NCBI GenBank assembly: GCA_001782235.1
Contig: MFOC01000007.1
Location: 86,799-150,798 of the forward strand
DNA: 64,000 nucleotides
Direction of reading: 5' to 3'
Source: Candidatus Levybacteria bacterium RIFCSPHIGHO2_02_FULL_40_18
Lineage (GTDB): Bacteria; Patescibacteriota; Microgenomatia; Levybacterales; GWA1-39-11
The notes under the pieces are model-generated. The model was not told where the DNA came from. It did not search any database and was given only the letters and a program-made list of their open reading frames with translations. This document shows positions 45,857-54,371 of the stretch, one piece after another. The position numbers were made by a program, and so were the translations under genes. Position 1 is the stretch's first letter, and each line of letters opens with the position of its first letter.

Positions 45857-46408
45857 ATGCCTATATATACAAAGACAGGGGATCGCGGAAAAACATCGCT
45901 CTTTTCAGGAAAAAGAGTCTGGAAGCATGATCTCCGTGTCGAAGCATACGGAACCGTTGACGAGCTAAATACTATTTTGGGGCTAGCGCTTGCAGCGCTT
46001 CCTCACAAGAAAAATAAACAAATAGCATATCTTCGTGACTTAATTTTAGAGGTCCAAAAATCCCTTTTTTACATTGGTTCTTATTTTGCCGACCTTCCTG
46101 ACACTCTCGAAGAGATAGATTTGATAGGTAAAACTAATCGGTTCGAAAAAGAAATCGATCTAATGACGAACAAGATGCCAAAGCTTGCGAACTTTATTTT
46201 TCTTGATGGCGGATTGGCCGGGAGTTTTCTCCAGAATGCCCGGGCAATTGCCAGACGGGCAGAAAGGCAAATTGTGAAACTTTCTAAAAAAGAGAAGATA
46301 GATGTGAGACTACTTAAATATATAAACAGGCTCTCCGATTTGTTTTTCACTATGGCGCGTTACGCAAATCATATTGAAGGGAAAAAAGAAAGGATTTGGG
46401 AAAGATAA
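45857..46408 (+). CDS. PduO-type ATP:cob(I)alamin adenosyltransferase
   Basis: MPIYTKTGDRGKTSLFSGKRVWKHDLRVEAYGTVDELN matches the canonical PduO N-terminus. Confidence 0.85.
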   Translation: MPIYTKTGDRGKTSLFSGKRVWKHDLRVEAYGTVDELNTILGLALAALPHKKNKQIAYLRDLILEVQKSLFYIGSYFADLPDTLEEIDLIGKTNRFEKEIDLMTNKMPKLANFIFLDGGLAGSFLQNARAIARRAERQIVKLSKKEKIDVRLLKYINRLSDLFFTMARYANHIEGKKERIWER

Positions 46409-47471
46409 TATGCCAGCAGTTGCCGAAAGAGAAAGGTACGAAATAGTTGGATCTAATGCTTTTAATTTAGAGTACCAAGAAGGTTTACATTCAGAGTCCT
46501 CGATTAAAGAAGATATAATTTCATACTTAGGTGAATATCGTTTTGAAATTCCTAAATACGAATATAGCTTGTTTTTCTCAAGGAATCATAGTGGGACTTC
46601 AATCTTCACCTCTGATGGCGAGACGATGCTTGAAAAATCTCGCAGGGCAATAGCAAAGAAAAAATTACGGCAAGACCCAACGCATCGGGAAGAAAACGAA
46701 ACATTAGGATTAGTAAACCTTGAGAGTCAATTAAAACAGGCAAAAGAAGGCGATACTATTTTCTGGGGGAGTCCGCCTGGGCCAGAAGATGAGGGATATG
46801 GAAACTATGGATTTATTTATAAAGGAAGAATACAGAGTGGGAAAATTCTGATGGCGGCATTGAGAGTCGATAATCCAACAATAGAACAATATAATCGGGC
46901 AATGACCACTTTGACCGGAGCAAGATTTGATCTTCAACATGCCGATGATTTTTTAAGATCCCCGCGCGTTGTAAATAGAGAAGTCTCTGATTCATATATA
47001 GAGCACGTTCTAAAGCAAGGGTTCTCTTATTCTCCAAATCCTGAAAAACAGAAGGATTTTGAGGGGGCCATAAGAATACTTGGGCCTCTTATTGATCGTA
47101 CTATTTTTGCAATACAAAATGGAACCCGCGAAGAAAAACAAAGAACTTTTTATGCTCTTGAAAATTCTGCAATAGAGCTTTGCAACAGTGGTCATGGAAC
47201 TCTTCTTCGCGGGGGATTAGATTATATTATTTTAACACGCAGTTTCGAGCCACCAGTAGCCCGGGGTAGCTGCGGTTCAACCGCAAGTAACATGCTCTTT
47301 TCAGGAGAATCGAGTATAAACGGTATATTAATGCCTGATAAATATGGAGATCGCGAGTTTGAATGTCCTAATTGTCACCAGATAAATGTTCGTCCTATGG
47401 ATCAGCTTCTTGAAAAGTGCCAGCATTGTGGGAGCAGCGCAGTTAGCTGTGAGAGCGATGAATCTTCTTGA
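46374..47471 (+). CDS. hypothetical protein with C-terminal CxxC...CxxC zinc ribbon
   Basis: The likely start is ATG 46410 (MPAVAERERYEIV). C-terminal FECPNCHQINV...KCQHCGSS. No family recognised. Confidence 0.5.
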   Translation: MKGKKKGFGKDNMPAVAERERYEIVGSNAFNLEYQEGLHSESSIKEDIISYLGEYRFEIPKYEYSLFFSRNHSGTSIFTSDGETMLEKSRRAIAKKKLRQDPTHREENETLGLVNLESQLKQAKEGDTIFWGSPPGPEDEGYGNYGFIYKGRIQSGKILMAALRVDNPTIEQYNRAMTTLTGARFDLQHADDFLRSPRVVNREVSDSYIEHVLKQGFSYSPNPEKQKDFEGAIRILGPLIDRTIFAIQNGTREEKQRTFYALENSAIELCNSGHGTLLRGGLDYIILTRSFEPPVARGSCGSTASNMLFSGESSINGILMPDKYGDREFECPNCHQINVRPMDQLLEKCQHCGSSAVSCESDESS

Positions 47472-48141
47472 TATTCTTTTTCCTAAGAAATGTATAAATT
47501 GTAAAAAATTTGGGGATTTTTTGTGTGCGGACTGTTTTGCCAAGATTAAATACAATGAATCATTTGAGCCAGTTTCAGGCGAATTAGATGGTGTGATATC
47601 GGCAGTTATTTATAATTCGATAATTCGAAAGTTAATCCGCCAATTCAAGTATAAACCGTACGTCTCAAAGCTTGCAGAAATAATTTCCGAGATTATGAAT
47701 GAGGGACTAGCACAAAATGAAGCTTTTTATAATTTCATCGAACAATTCGAGTCGGTTATTATCCCGATTCCATTAAGCCCAAGGCGCCTGCGCGAGCGCG
47801 GGTATAATCATGCGGAAATCCTAGCATCTTTTGTCGCAAAGTATTTCGATTTAAAAATAGAGCCTAAGATTTTAGTTCGCATTAAAGAAACAAAACCTCA
47901 GTTTAGATTAAATAAAGAGGAACGGAAGAAAAACGTCGAAGATGCGTTCTCGGTTCGCAAAGATCCTAAAACCCCCCTTCTGGGCCAGAGGCCCACCGGT
48001 CCGGCGGCAAACATCCCTAAAGCCGTAGTAATCATAGACGATCTTGCAACAAGTCTTGCGACTCTCAAAGAAGCCGCAAAAGTATTAAAAAGCGCAGGGG
48101 CAAAAAAAGTCCTCGGTGTCACCTTCGCGAGAGAGGTTTAA
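47458..48141 (+). CDS. comFC: ComF family protein (ComFC, phosphoribosyltransferase-like competence protein)
   Basis: N-terminal CINCKKFGDFLCADC zinc finger and PRTase motif VVIIDDLATSLATLKEAAKVLK. The ORF track start 47386 overlaps the upstream gene. ATG 47458 (MNLLDILFPKKC) is preferred. Confidence 0.75.
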   Translation: MNLLDILFPKKCINCKKFGDFLCADCFAKIKYNESFEPVSGELDGVISAVIYNSIIRKLIRQFKYKPYVSKLAEIISEIMNEGLAQNEAFYNFIEQFESVIIPIPLSPRRLRERGYNHAEILASFVAKYFDLKIEPKILVRIKETKPQFRLNKEERKKNVEDAFSVRKDPKTPLLGQRPTGPAANIPKAVVIIDDLATSLATLKEAAKVLKSAGAKKVLGVTFAREV

Positions 48142-48461
48142 AGCATCGATAATGTCCTTTTTAAAGCTTCTTTAAATTGTCTTCTTCCAAAGCCGCTTTT
48201 GAGAAATTCTTCGCGGGCTTTAGCATCCTCTTCATTTATAAAATATTCGTAATAAATGAGCTTTACAGGTAGCCTGAATTTTGTAGCTTTAATTTCTCCT
48301 CTTGCATGTTTTGTTAATCTATTCTTTAGACTTGTCGTAAAGCCAATATATAAACCTTTATCTTTAAGGCTATGGAGGATATATACGTAGTATCTTTTTG
48401 AAACGTCAAACGTTTCTGACATAAAAATATATCTTTTGAGTGTCGCGTCCAACGCGATCAC
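48138..48461 (-). CDS. GIY-YIG nuclease-family protein (UPF0213-like)
   Basis: YYVYILHSLKDKGLYIGFTTSLKNRLTKH matches GIY-YIG. It sits immediately 3' of the tmRNA gene. Confidence 0.7.
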   Translation of the reverse strand: MIALDATLKRYIFMSETFDVSKRYYVYILHSLKDKGLYIGFTTSLKNRLTKHARGEIKATKFRLPVKLIYYEYFINEEDAKAREEFLKSGFGRRQFKEALKRTLSML

Positions 48462-48499
48462 CTTACAAACGCTGCTTCGTGCGAAGCCGCGTTTGACGC

Positions 48500-48854
48500 G
48501 GTGGAGATGGGGGGCTTTGAGCCCCCGTCCAAAAAAGCATCTATAAAAACATCTACAAGCTTATTCAATTATTTATTGTCATCATGCAAACTCCAATTGA
48601 AAGGATTGAACATGACTAAGATTTAAATTGTTCGAACAAAATCTAAATCGGAACTTTGTCTATATCCAAACTTTGTTTATGCCCATATCTGATCGTTTGG
48701 AAAAATCTAGATATGAACACCAGTTTAAGCTACTGCGTAGCTGTAGGCCGGACTAACATTTCTGTTAGCATTTATTTTTGATACATTTTTACGATTAGTA
48801 TCATTATCGGCTTGCAGTTTTTAAAGAGCAATTCTGTCGATGCAATGCATCCCC
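48500..48854 (-). ncRNA. ssrA: tmRNA (ssrA)
   Basis: Minus-strand 5' GGGGATG... pairs with 3' ...CATCTCC-A-CC (tRNA-like acceptor, one G·U). T-arm GGGGG-CTCAAAG-CCCCC. Internal tag ORF with resume codon GCT: A-NRNVSPAYSYAVA-stop(TAA). Located directly downstream of smpB on the same strand. Confidence 0.75.
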
Positions 48855-48874
48855 AATGAGGCTATTATAGCACA

Positions 48875-49315
48875 CTAGAGGATGGTTTTCAACTCGCGCT
48901 CCTGTTCGCGCTCGATGGCCTCTCGACGCTTGTCGCGGCGCTTCTCGCGCTTGTTTTTGCTCTCAACTAAGGCCAGTTCAAGCTTAAAATTGCCGTCCTT
49001 AAGATATATTGACAAAGGAACAATCGTGAATTTTCCCTGGTCGAGCTTTGATTTTAAGGCCAGAATTTCCTTTTTGTGAAGCAAAAGTTTTCGTGTTCGG
49101 TCTTCTTGATAACCTTCAATCCGAGAAAATTCATAAGGGAAAATTTTTGCATTGATTAAGTTTGCTTCGCTTCCTGAAATTCGAACATAAGCCCCAGTGA
49201 TGTCGGCATGGCTAGCGCGAAGTGCTTTTACTTCGCTCCCGAGCAAAACAATCCCAGCCTCAATCTTTTCAAGAGGTTTATATGATTTTATAAAACGATT
49301 AACAATTCTCATCAA
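48875..49315 (-). CDS. smpB: SsrA-binding protein SmpB
   Basis: Full-length SmpB collinearity (IEAGIVLLGSEVKALR...GKFTIVPLSIY) with a basic C-terminal tail. Confidence 0.9.
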   Translation of the reverse strand: MMRIVNRFIKSYKPLEKIEAGIVLLGSEVKALRASHADITGAYVRISGSEANLINAKIFPYEFSRIEGYQEDRTRKLLLHKKEILALKSKLDQGKFTIVPLSIYLKDGNFKLELALVESKNKREKRRDKRREAIEREQERELKTIL

Positions 49316-49525
49316 TCCATTATATCATCGGGTCCTGCCGCTTCGTGATTTTCGCACGTTGAAAGTGACGCTCAGCTTCCTTTAGTTGAAATATTCCATA
49401 TCGTTATCTCGTTCTTCGCTATGTGAACGCAAGTATATGTAAGTTTTATGTAGTTCGAAAATATATTTAAACTTGCATTCGAATCACTTTCAAGTGAAAA
49501 ATCACTTCGCGTCACCCAATGGAGT

Positions 49526-51295
49526 TTATAAATCGAAGGAGTAAAGCTTGTTTCCGGTCACGACGTAGGCTGTTTCGCTCTCCTCATCAATTGCAAGAGA
49601 GGAGGCTTTCGACAGATCTTTCCATGAATACTGATTTTTGAGTTCGCCAGTCTTTGAAATAGAAATAATTCTTGCGTTTGTGCGATCCAGAATATAAATA
49701 TTGTCATAATCAACGTCTGTAAAGATCAGCGAATCGGACGATAGATTTTTTGCCAGGCCCGAAATTGTAAACGTGTCTTCCTTTCCTCTTGTGAACTTTC
49801 TTACCTTGCCGCCATCGATAATCCAAATAGAAGCATCAATACTCATGCTTGCGGGATTGCTAAGCGTTATGTCTTCGGTAAAATAATCCGATCTTGCAAA
49901 AGAGGACCCGGAATATTTATCTACAGTTTTGTTAGATGTGCTAAGCCCATACAGGCTTGATCCAAATGTATCAAGGGCAACTGTTGTATCAGGATCTTCT
50001 ACAATTGTTTGAGTTTGTCCCGAGCTTTTTGTTGTTCTTGTAATGCCTTCTGTCCCAAGCAAAAATACAGAATCTTTATTGGCGGCAATTGCCTTAACAT
50101 CTTTATTCTCAGAGTCGATTTCTTTCTCCGATTCCCCATCTTTTGAAAGAAGAGCAATTTTGCCATCTTCGCGAGTTGCAACAAGAGCGCCATCGCGAAC
50201 TATTACCAAATCAACATTTTCAAAAACTACTTTCTGATTAGCAATTGTTGCGCCCGCTCCTAGTTCGCCTATTTTACTTTCTACCTTTCCTATAAACTCA
50301 TCAAGTTTCTTTCTCTCAGAAGTGTTGGACGCAAATTTGTCCCGCGATTCTTCTAGAGTGGTTTTTAATGTGTCAAATTCTTCAAGCGCAAGCCCTTTAT
50401 TTAAACTGATTAGAGCCTCTGCTTCGTCAAATTTTTCTTGCGCGGGTGTCAAAATCTCGGCTAGAAGCTCTCGCCGGCTTGCACTTTCTTGCCTTTGTCT
50501 TTCAAACAAAACGCTTACTATCAACAACAAGCTTAGGAGAATTATTCCCAGTATTATTAATCTTTTTTTACCCACATTGAAAAGATCCAAGCTTATTGTT
50601 GGAATTTTGATTTGGGGAAGCCTGATTTTCCCGCCTTCGCGTTCATGTCCAAGTTCTTCAATGGATTCGTCTTCTTGCGGCGCAGGACCCTGCGTTTCGC
50701 GAGAGGCAGGTTCCTCAATGCCTTTGTACGTAAGAACAATTGCCGCTTCTGACCCTTCCGATTTTTCATGAATTAGGGGGGCCAGGTGTTCTGAGATTTC
50801 CGAGACTTCCCGGTCATCCAAAATACCTGATAATTTGTTAAGAGGGACCTTTTTTGAAAATCCTCCTGTCTCAAGCACAACAATATCATCAGATTTTATA
50901 TTCCCAGAGTAGGCTACAATATTGTCCGCATCACCCCTTGCGATCACGCCAATTTTCCCGTCTCTTTTAAGAATTATCTCTCCCTCGTTTGCAATAACAA
51001 GATAAAGAACATTATCCTTCACTGTTGCAAGGACAATAGAGATAGAATTTTTGTTAATACCTTCAAGTGATTTGTCTAATGCCCCTTTTATATTTGTGAT
51101 GTTTTTGTCATCAAGCGAGAAATATTCTCGCTGAATTTTTTCAAGCAATTCTTTACCTGACGTTACTATGCCAGCCTCGGCATCTTCGGACCTTATGGAA
51201 AGAACTATGTAGAGATTTAAGGTGGAATAAGCCTGAGCCCATGTTGTATCAGTAGGATTTGCAACGACTTTTGATAAGAGAATATTTTGATCCAT
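49526..51295 (-). CDS. hypothetical membrane protein (N-terminal cytoplasmic domain, 1 TM, C-terminal repeat-rich ectodomain)
   Basis: The N-terminal region has a weak PP2C-fold-like pattern (VLATVKDNVLYLVIANEGEIIL) but lacks the metal-binding motifs. Central TM LIILGIILLSLLLIVSVLF. Confidence 0.45.
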   Translation of the reverse strand: MDQNILLSKVVANPTDTTWAQAYSTLNLYIVLSIRSEDAEAGIVTSGKELLEKIQREYFSLDDKNITNIKGALDKSLEGINKNSISIVLATVKDNVLYLVIANEGEIILKRDGKIGVIARGDADNIVAYSGNIKSDDIVVLETGGFSKKVPLNKLSGILDDREVSEISEHLAPLIHEKSEGSEAAIVLTYKGIEEPASRETQGPAPQEDESIEELGHEREGGKIRLPQIKIPTISLDLFNVGKKRLIILGIILLSLLLIVSVLFERQRQESASRRELLAEILTPAQEKFDEAEALISLNKGLALEEFDTLKTTLEESRDKFASNTSERKKLDEFIGKVESKIGELGAGATIANQKVVFENVDLVIVRDGALVATREDGKIALLSKDGESEKEIDSENKDVKAIAANKDSVFLLGTEGITRTTKSSGQTQTIVEDPDTTVALDTFGSSLYGLSTSNKTVDKYSGSSFARSDYFTEDITLSNPASMSIDASIWIIDGGKVRKFTRGKEDTFTISGLAKNLSSDSLIFTDVDYDNIYILDRTNARIISISKTGELKNQYSWKDLSKASSLAIDEESETAYVVTGNKLYSFDL

Positions 51296-51298
51296 GCT

Positions 51299-51535
51299 CT
51301 ATAAGAATAGCACCGCAAAGAATAATAACGCAACTGTTGCCAGAAGATGTACGAGCGTAAAAACAATAAAGATGGGTGAGAATGTTATTTGATTTATAAT
51401 TCTGTTTAAATTCCTAATCTGTAAAAAAAGAATTAGTGCAAAAAGGCCGTATATAGAGATCAATATAATCAGAATGATTCTGAAAAGAGCATCCTGATTG
51501 GAAAAGATCTTAAGAAAAAAATTAAATATTTCCAT
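51299..51535 (-). CDS. small membrane protein
   Basis: Two hydrophobic helices, weak. Confidence 0.3.
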   Translation of the reverse strand: MEIFNFFLKIFSNQDALFRIILIILISIYGLFALILFLQIRNLNRIINQITFSPIFIVFTLVHLLATVALLFFAVLFL

Positions 51536-51581
51536 AAATTAGAGATCCCGATTTTCATCGGGGTGATCTCATTTCGCCCGG

Positions 51582-52217
51582 TTACTTTAGTGGCTTTCTT
51601 CCTATCATCTCGGCAATAATTTGAACAATTCTGGCCGGTTCCGGCGCGCGGTCAAACTCAAAGTTTGCTTGAGTCGCCGCGGTTTGTACTAACACGTCCC
51701 CATAATTAAATACTGATCTTACAGCTCCGACTTGTGAGTAAGAAACGTCCTCGATAAGATTAATTTTTGTTTCACTGGCGTGCTTAAAAAGAATACCTGA
51801 AACATCAAGATCAATGATTCTTTTGTTAGTTACAAGACCTACATTAAAATACCAAATAGTAAACTCAACCAAAATGAATCCGGCCACAACAAGATAATAA
51901 AAAAGGACCGAAACTACTTGAGTTTGTATGGCAATCTGGAAAAAGGGAGAAAACAAATCGTTGAAAAGAAAAAGGAGCGGAGGAATAAAGATTAATATCA
52001 GAGCGGTAAGAATCCAAGGGACATTGGTTATGAGATCTCGTCTTACGAGAAGCATTATTTCTTCATCTCCCTCCTGATTTTCAAACACTACATTATCGGG
52101 ATTGATTCCAAGCGAGGAATAAAAGTGGACGGATTTTTTGTGGGAAGGTTCTGGTGTACCTTGCGGTATCCGTTCTGAAATAACGAATTCACCACTAAGA
52201 CCATTTTCCCCTGGCAT
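51582..52217 (-). CDS. bacterial PH-domain (bPH_2/YdbT-like) membrane protein
   Basis: Two TM helices, then ...VGLVTNKRIIDLDVSGILFKH... matches the bPH_2 signature. Confidence 0.6.
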   Translation of the reverse strand: MPGENGLSGEFVISERIPQGTPEPSHKKSVHFYSSLGINPDNVVFENQEGDEEIMLLVRRDLITNVPWILTALILIFIPPLLFLFNDLFSPFFQIAIQTQVVSVLFYYLVVAGFILVEFTIWYFNVGLVTNKRIIDLDVSGILFKHASETKINLIEDVSYSQVGAVRSVFNYGDVLVQTAATQANFEFDRAPEPARIVQIIAEMIGRKPLK

Positions 52218-52328
52218 AATGAGATTATTATATCAGAAATAGAATAGCTAAATGGCTATAATGGTTAAAATAGTTCTGGCTCGAAAAACTATTCTAGCTT
52301 ATTCTAACTATTCAACTATTTGATCTTT

Positions 52329-54053
52329 TTATTGGCGTTCTACATTGAATAGTGGACCGACGATTTGAATATTTGCCGGGGCTCTGAGATTAAACCAGTT
52401 TTTAAATTCATCACCTGAAAAACTTTGTGATCCGCCGTCCCCCAAGATACCTACAGAAGTTGTTCGGCCAGCCGAAAAATCTGCTCCAATAGAAACGTCT
52501 GAGATATTTGAAAAAGGAGTTACTCCTCGATTTGAGAGCTCTTGCCGAACGCGAGCTTCATCCCATGTATCGGTACCCGCAGGATTTGGCTTATCAGTTT
52601 GATAAAGATGCTCTCCAGCGGATGAGTCAGCTTTTGCAAGCAAGATCACATTCATAATGTCTGCTACTTCAGAAGATTTAAGCCAGGCGGTTTTATTATA
52701 CTCTGATCGAGACCCCCAATCGCAATAAAACCACGGAGATTCGCGATCATAGGCATTTGAAAAAAGATCAGAGAATCCCGAGGCCGCGCCTGTTGTTGTA
52801 TCTATTGCATGTTTTGTCCAAGAGGTCGCGCTCCAGCCTGGAAGTTCTGACGTCGATAAAATATATCCGCCGTGAGTTGAAGAGTACCAAGCCTTAATTG
52901 GCGATCCGCCCTGAACCATGACCCAGCCGCGCGTGCTGTTCACTGCCTCTTCCCATGCGCCGCCTTTAGGTTCGGGTTTAAAGACCTGACAGGATTGAGT
53001 GGTGCAAATAGATCCCGCTCCATTGTTTGTATAAGAAAGAGCATAGGAGCGAGCGGCCACAGCCTGAGCTTTTAAGGCTTCCATTGCAAATGATGAAGGC
53101 ATTTCATAAATTCTTTTTACGTACTCCTCGATATTATAAGAGCCGTATCCCTCAACATTAATATTTATATCTTGGGAGTAATCTTTTTTCAGTTCGTAAT
53201 TTACATAATATGCTTCAAGGATTTGTTCTGCAGACTGTCCGGCGCGGGCTCTTCCGTCCGCTCCATATTGATTAAGACCGGTTCTGTTTGGGACGCCGTA
53301 GGTGAAGAAGGCGATTCTGGGAGAAAATCCCGGATCGCGGGTTCTATCATCAACACAGGCAGGAGCCGCGGTCGCGGCAGATCTTGGAATGTTTAATGCG
53401 GCAAGCCTTTGACCTAAAATTTCTTTTTGGCGGGCAGATAACTTTGCAATTTCACTTGACAATGTTGCTTGATATGCTTTTGCGCCCTTTACAACTTTTT
53501 CGATTTCTCCCTTTTCCTGTGCAAGCCTTTCTTTAATGCTCGCAAATTTTATTTCTTCCTCTTCAAGTTTTGCTTTTCGCGTTTCAAGATCAACAATCTT
53601 TAATGCAATGGAGGTTATCGTTTCTTTATCGCGGTCAGCATCTCTTTTTTGATAAATAATGATTCGAGTCATTTCAGCAGCATCTGCCTGGGAAATAAAG
53701 ACGAGAAGAGGGGAGAGAAAATAGCTTTTTATGTAGTAGTCGCGGACGGTTTTATTAAAAATAATTTTACTCTCTTCAAGCTCTTGATAGCCTTGTTCAA
53801 TGAATTTCTTCTTTTCTGCCAAATCGCGCTCAATTGCGGCAACCTGATTTTCTATACCTGTAAGTTGTTTTTGCAAGCTATTAAGTTGTGATTCAAGGGG
53901 TGCCGTTGCTTTTTGAGAGGCAGAAAGCGCTGCCTGAAGTTCGGTCAGTTTTTTATTGATATCGTCAAGCTCATCAGAGAAAACTTGAGGAACAACAAAA
54001 AGTTTGAACGCGAACAAAATACCCACAAGGAGGAGCAAGAAAAATCTTCCCAT
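52329..54053 (-). CDS. SpoIID/LytB-domain protein with N-terminal coiled-coil (EnvC-like) region
   Basis: Signal/TM N-terminus and a long Gln/Glu/Leu coiled coil. The C-terminal ...AWYSSTHGGYILSTSE... resembles the SpoIID YHSxxGG motif. Confidence 0.5.
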   Translation of the reverse strand: MGRFFLLLLVGILFAFKLFVVPQVFSDELDDINKKLTELQAALSASQKATAPLESQLNSLQKQLTGIENQVAAIERDLAEKKKFIEQGYQELEESKIIFNKTVRDYYIKSYFLSPLLVFISQADAAEMTRIIIYQKRDADRDKETITSIALKIVDLETRKAKLEEEEIKFASIKERLAQEKGEIEKVVKGAKAYQATLSSEIAKLSARQKEILGQRLAALNIPRSAATAAPACVDDRTRDPGFSPRIAFFTYGVPNRTGLNQYGADGRARAGQSAEQILEAYYVNYELKKDYSQDININVEGYGSYNIEEYVKRIYEMPSSFAMEALKAQAVAARSYALSYTNNGAGSICTTQSCQVFKPEPKGGAWEEAVNSTRGWVMVQGGSPIKAWYSSTHGGYILSTSELPGWSATSWTKHAIDTTTGAASGFSDLFSNAYDRESPWFYCDWGSRSEYNKTAWLKSSEVADIMNVILLAKADSSAGEHLYQTDKPNPAGTDTWDEARVRQELSNRGVTPFSNISDVSIGADFSAGRTTSVGILGDGGSQSFSGDEFKNWFNLRAPANIQIVGPLFNVERQ

Positions 54054-54198
54054 CGGAAATTCTATTATAGCAGATGTTATAGGTGCGAGAGAATTATGGG
54101 TGCGCTTGGATTCGAACCCCGTACAAAACTTACTTGTTCCCGAGGCTTACAGCCTCGCGTCACAAGAGCGTTTCTACGGGGCAAGCCAAAGACATCTG

Positions 54199-54269
54199 TA
54201 GGCCCGGAAGGAGTCGGACCTTCGTGTCGACTTTATAAGAGTCGTGTCCTACCGTTGAACGACGGGCCT
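54199..54269 (-). tRNA. probable tRNA-Ile (anticodon TAT); atypical T-loop TCCGACT (C55)
   Basis: Hand fold. Acceptor AGGCCCG/CGGGCCT (7/7), D-arm GTTC-AACGGTA-GGAC, anticodon stem CGACT/AGTCG with loop CTTATAA, variable ACAC, T-arm GAAGG-TCCGACT-CCTTC, discriminator A. Length 71 nt. Confidence 0.5.
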
Positions 54270-54371
54270 AAAAATTTCTAAAACGCTTGCTTATTATACC
54301 AATACTGGGGTTAAACTTGAAGCCGACAAGTGGTTATACCTTAATACTTTATACTTGATACTGAATACTTA

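Noticed and set aside
53913-54281. 122-aa plus ORF over the tRNA-like region
   Set aside because: It is translated through tRNA and tRNA-like sequences and has no coding signal.
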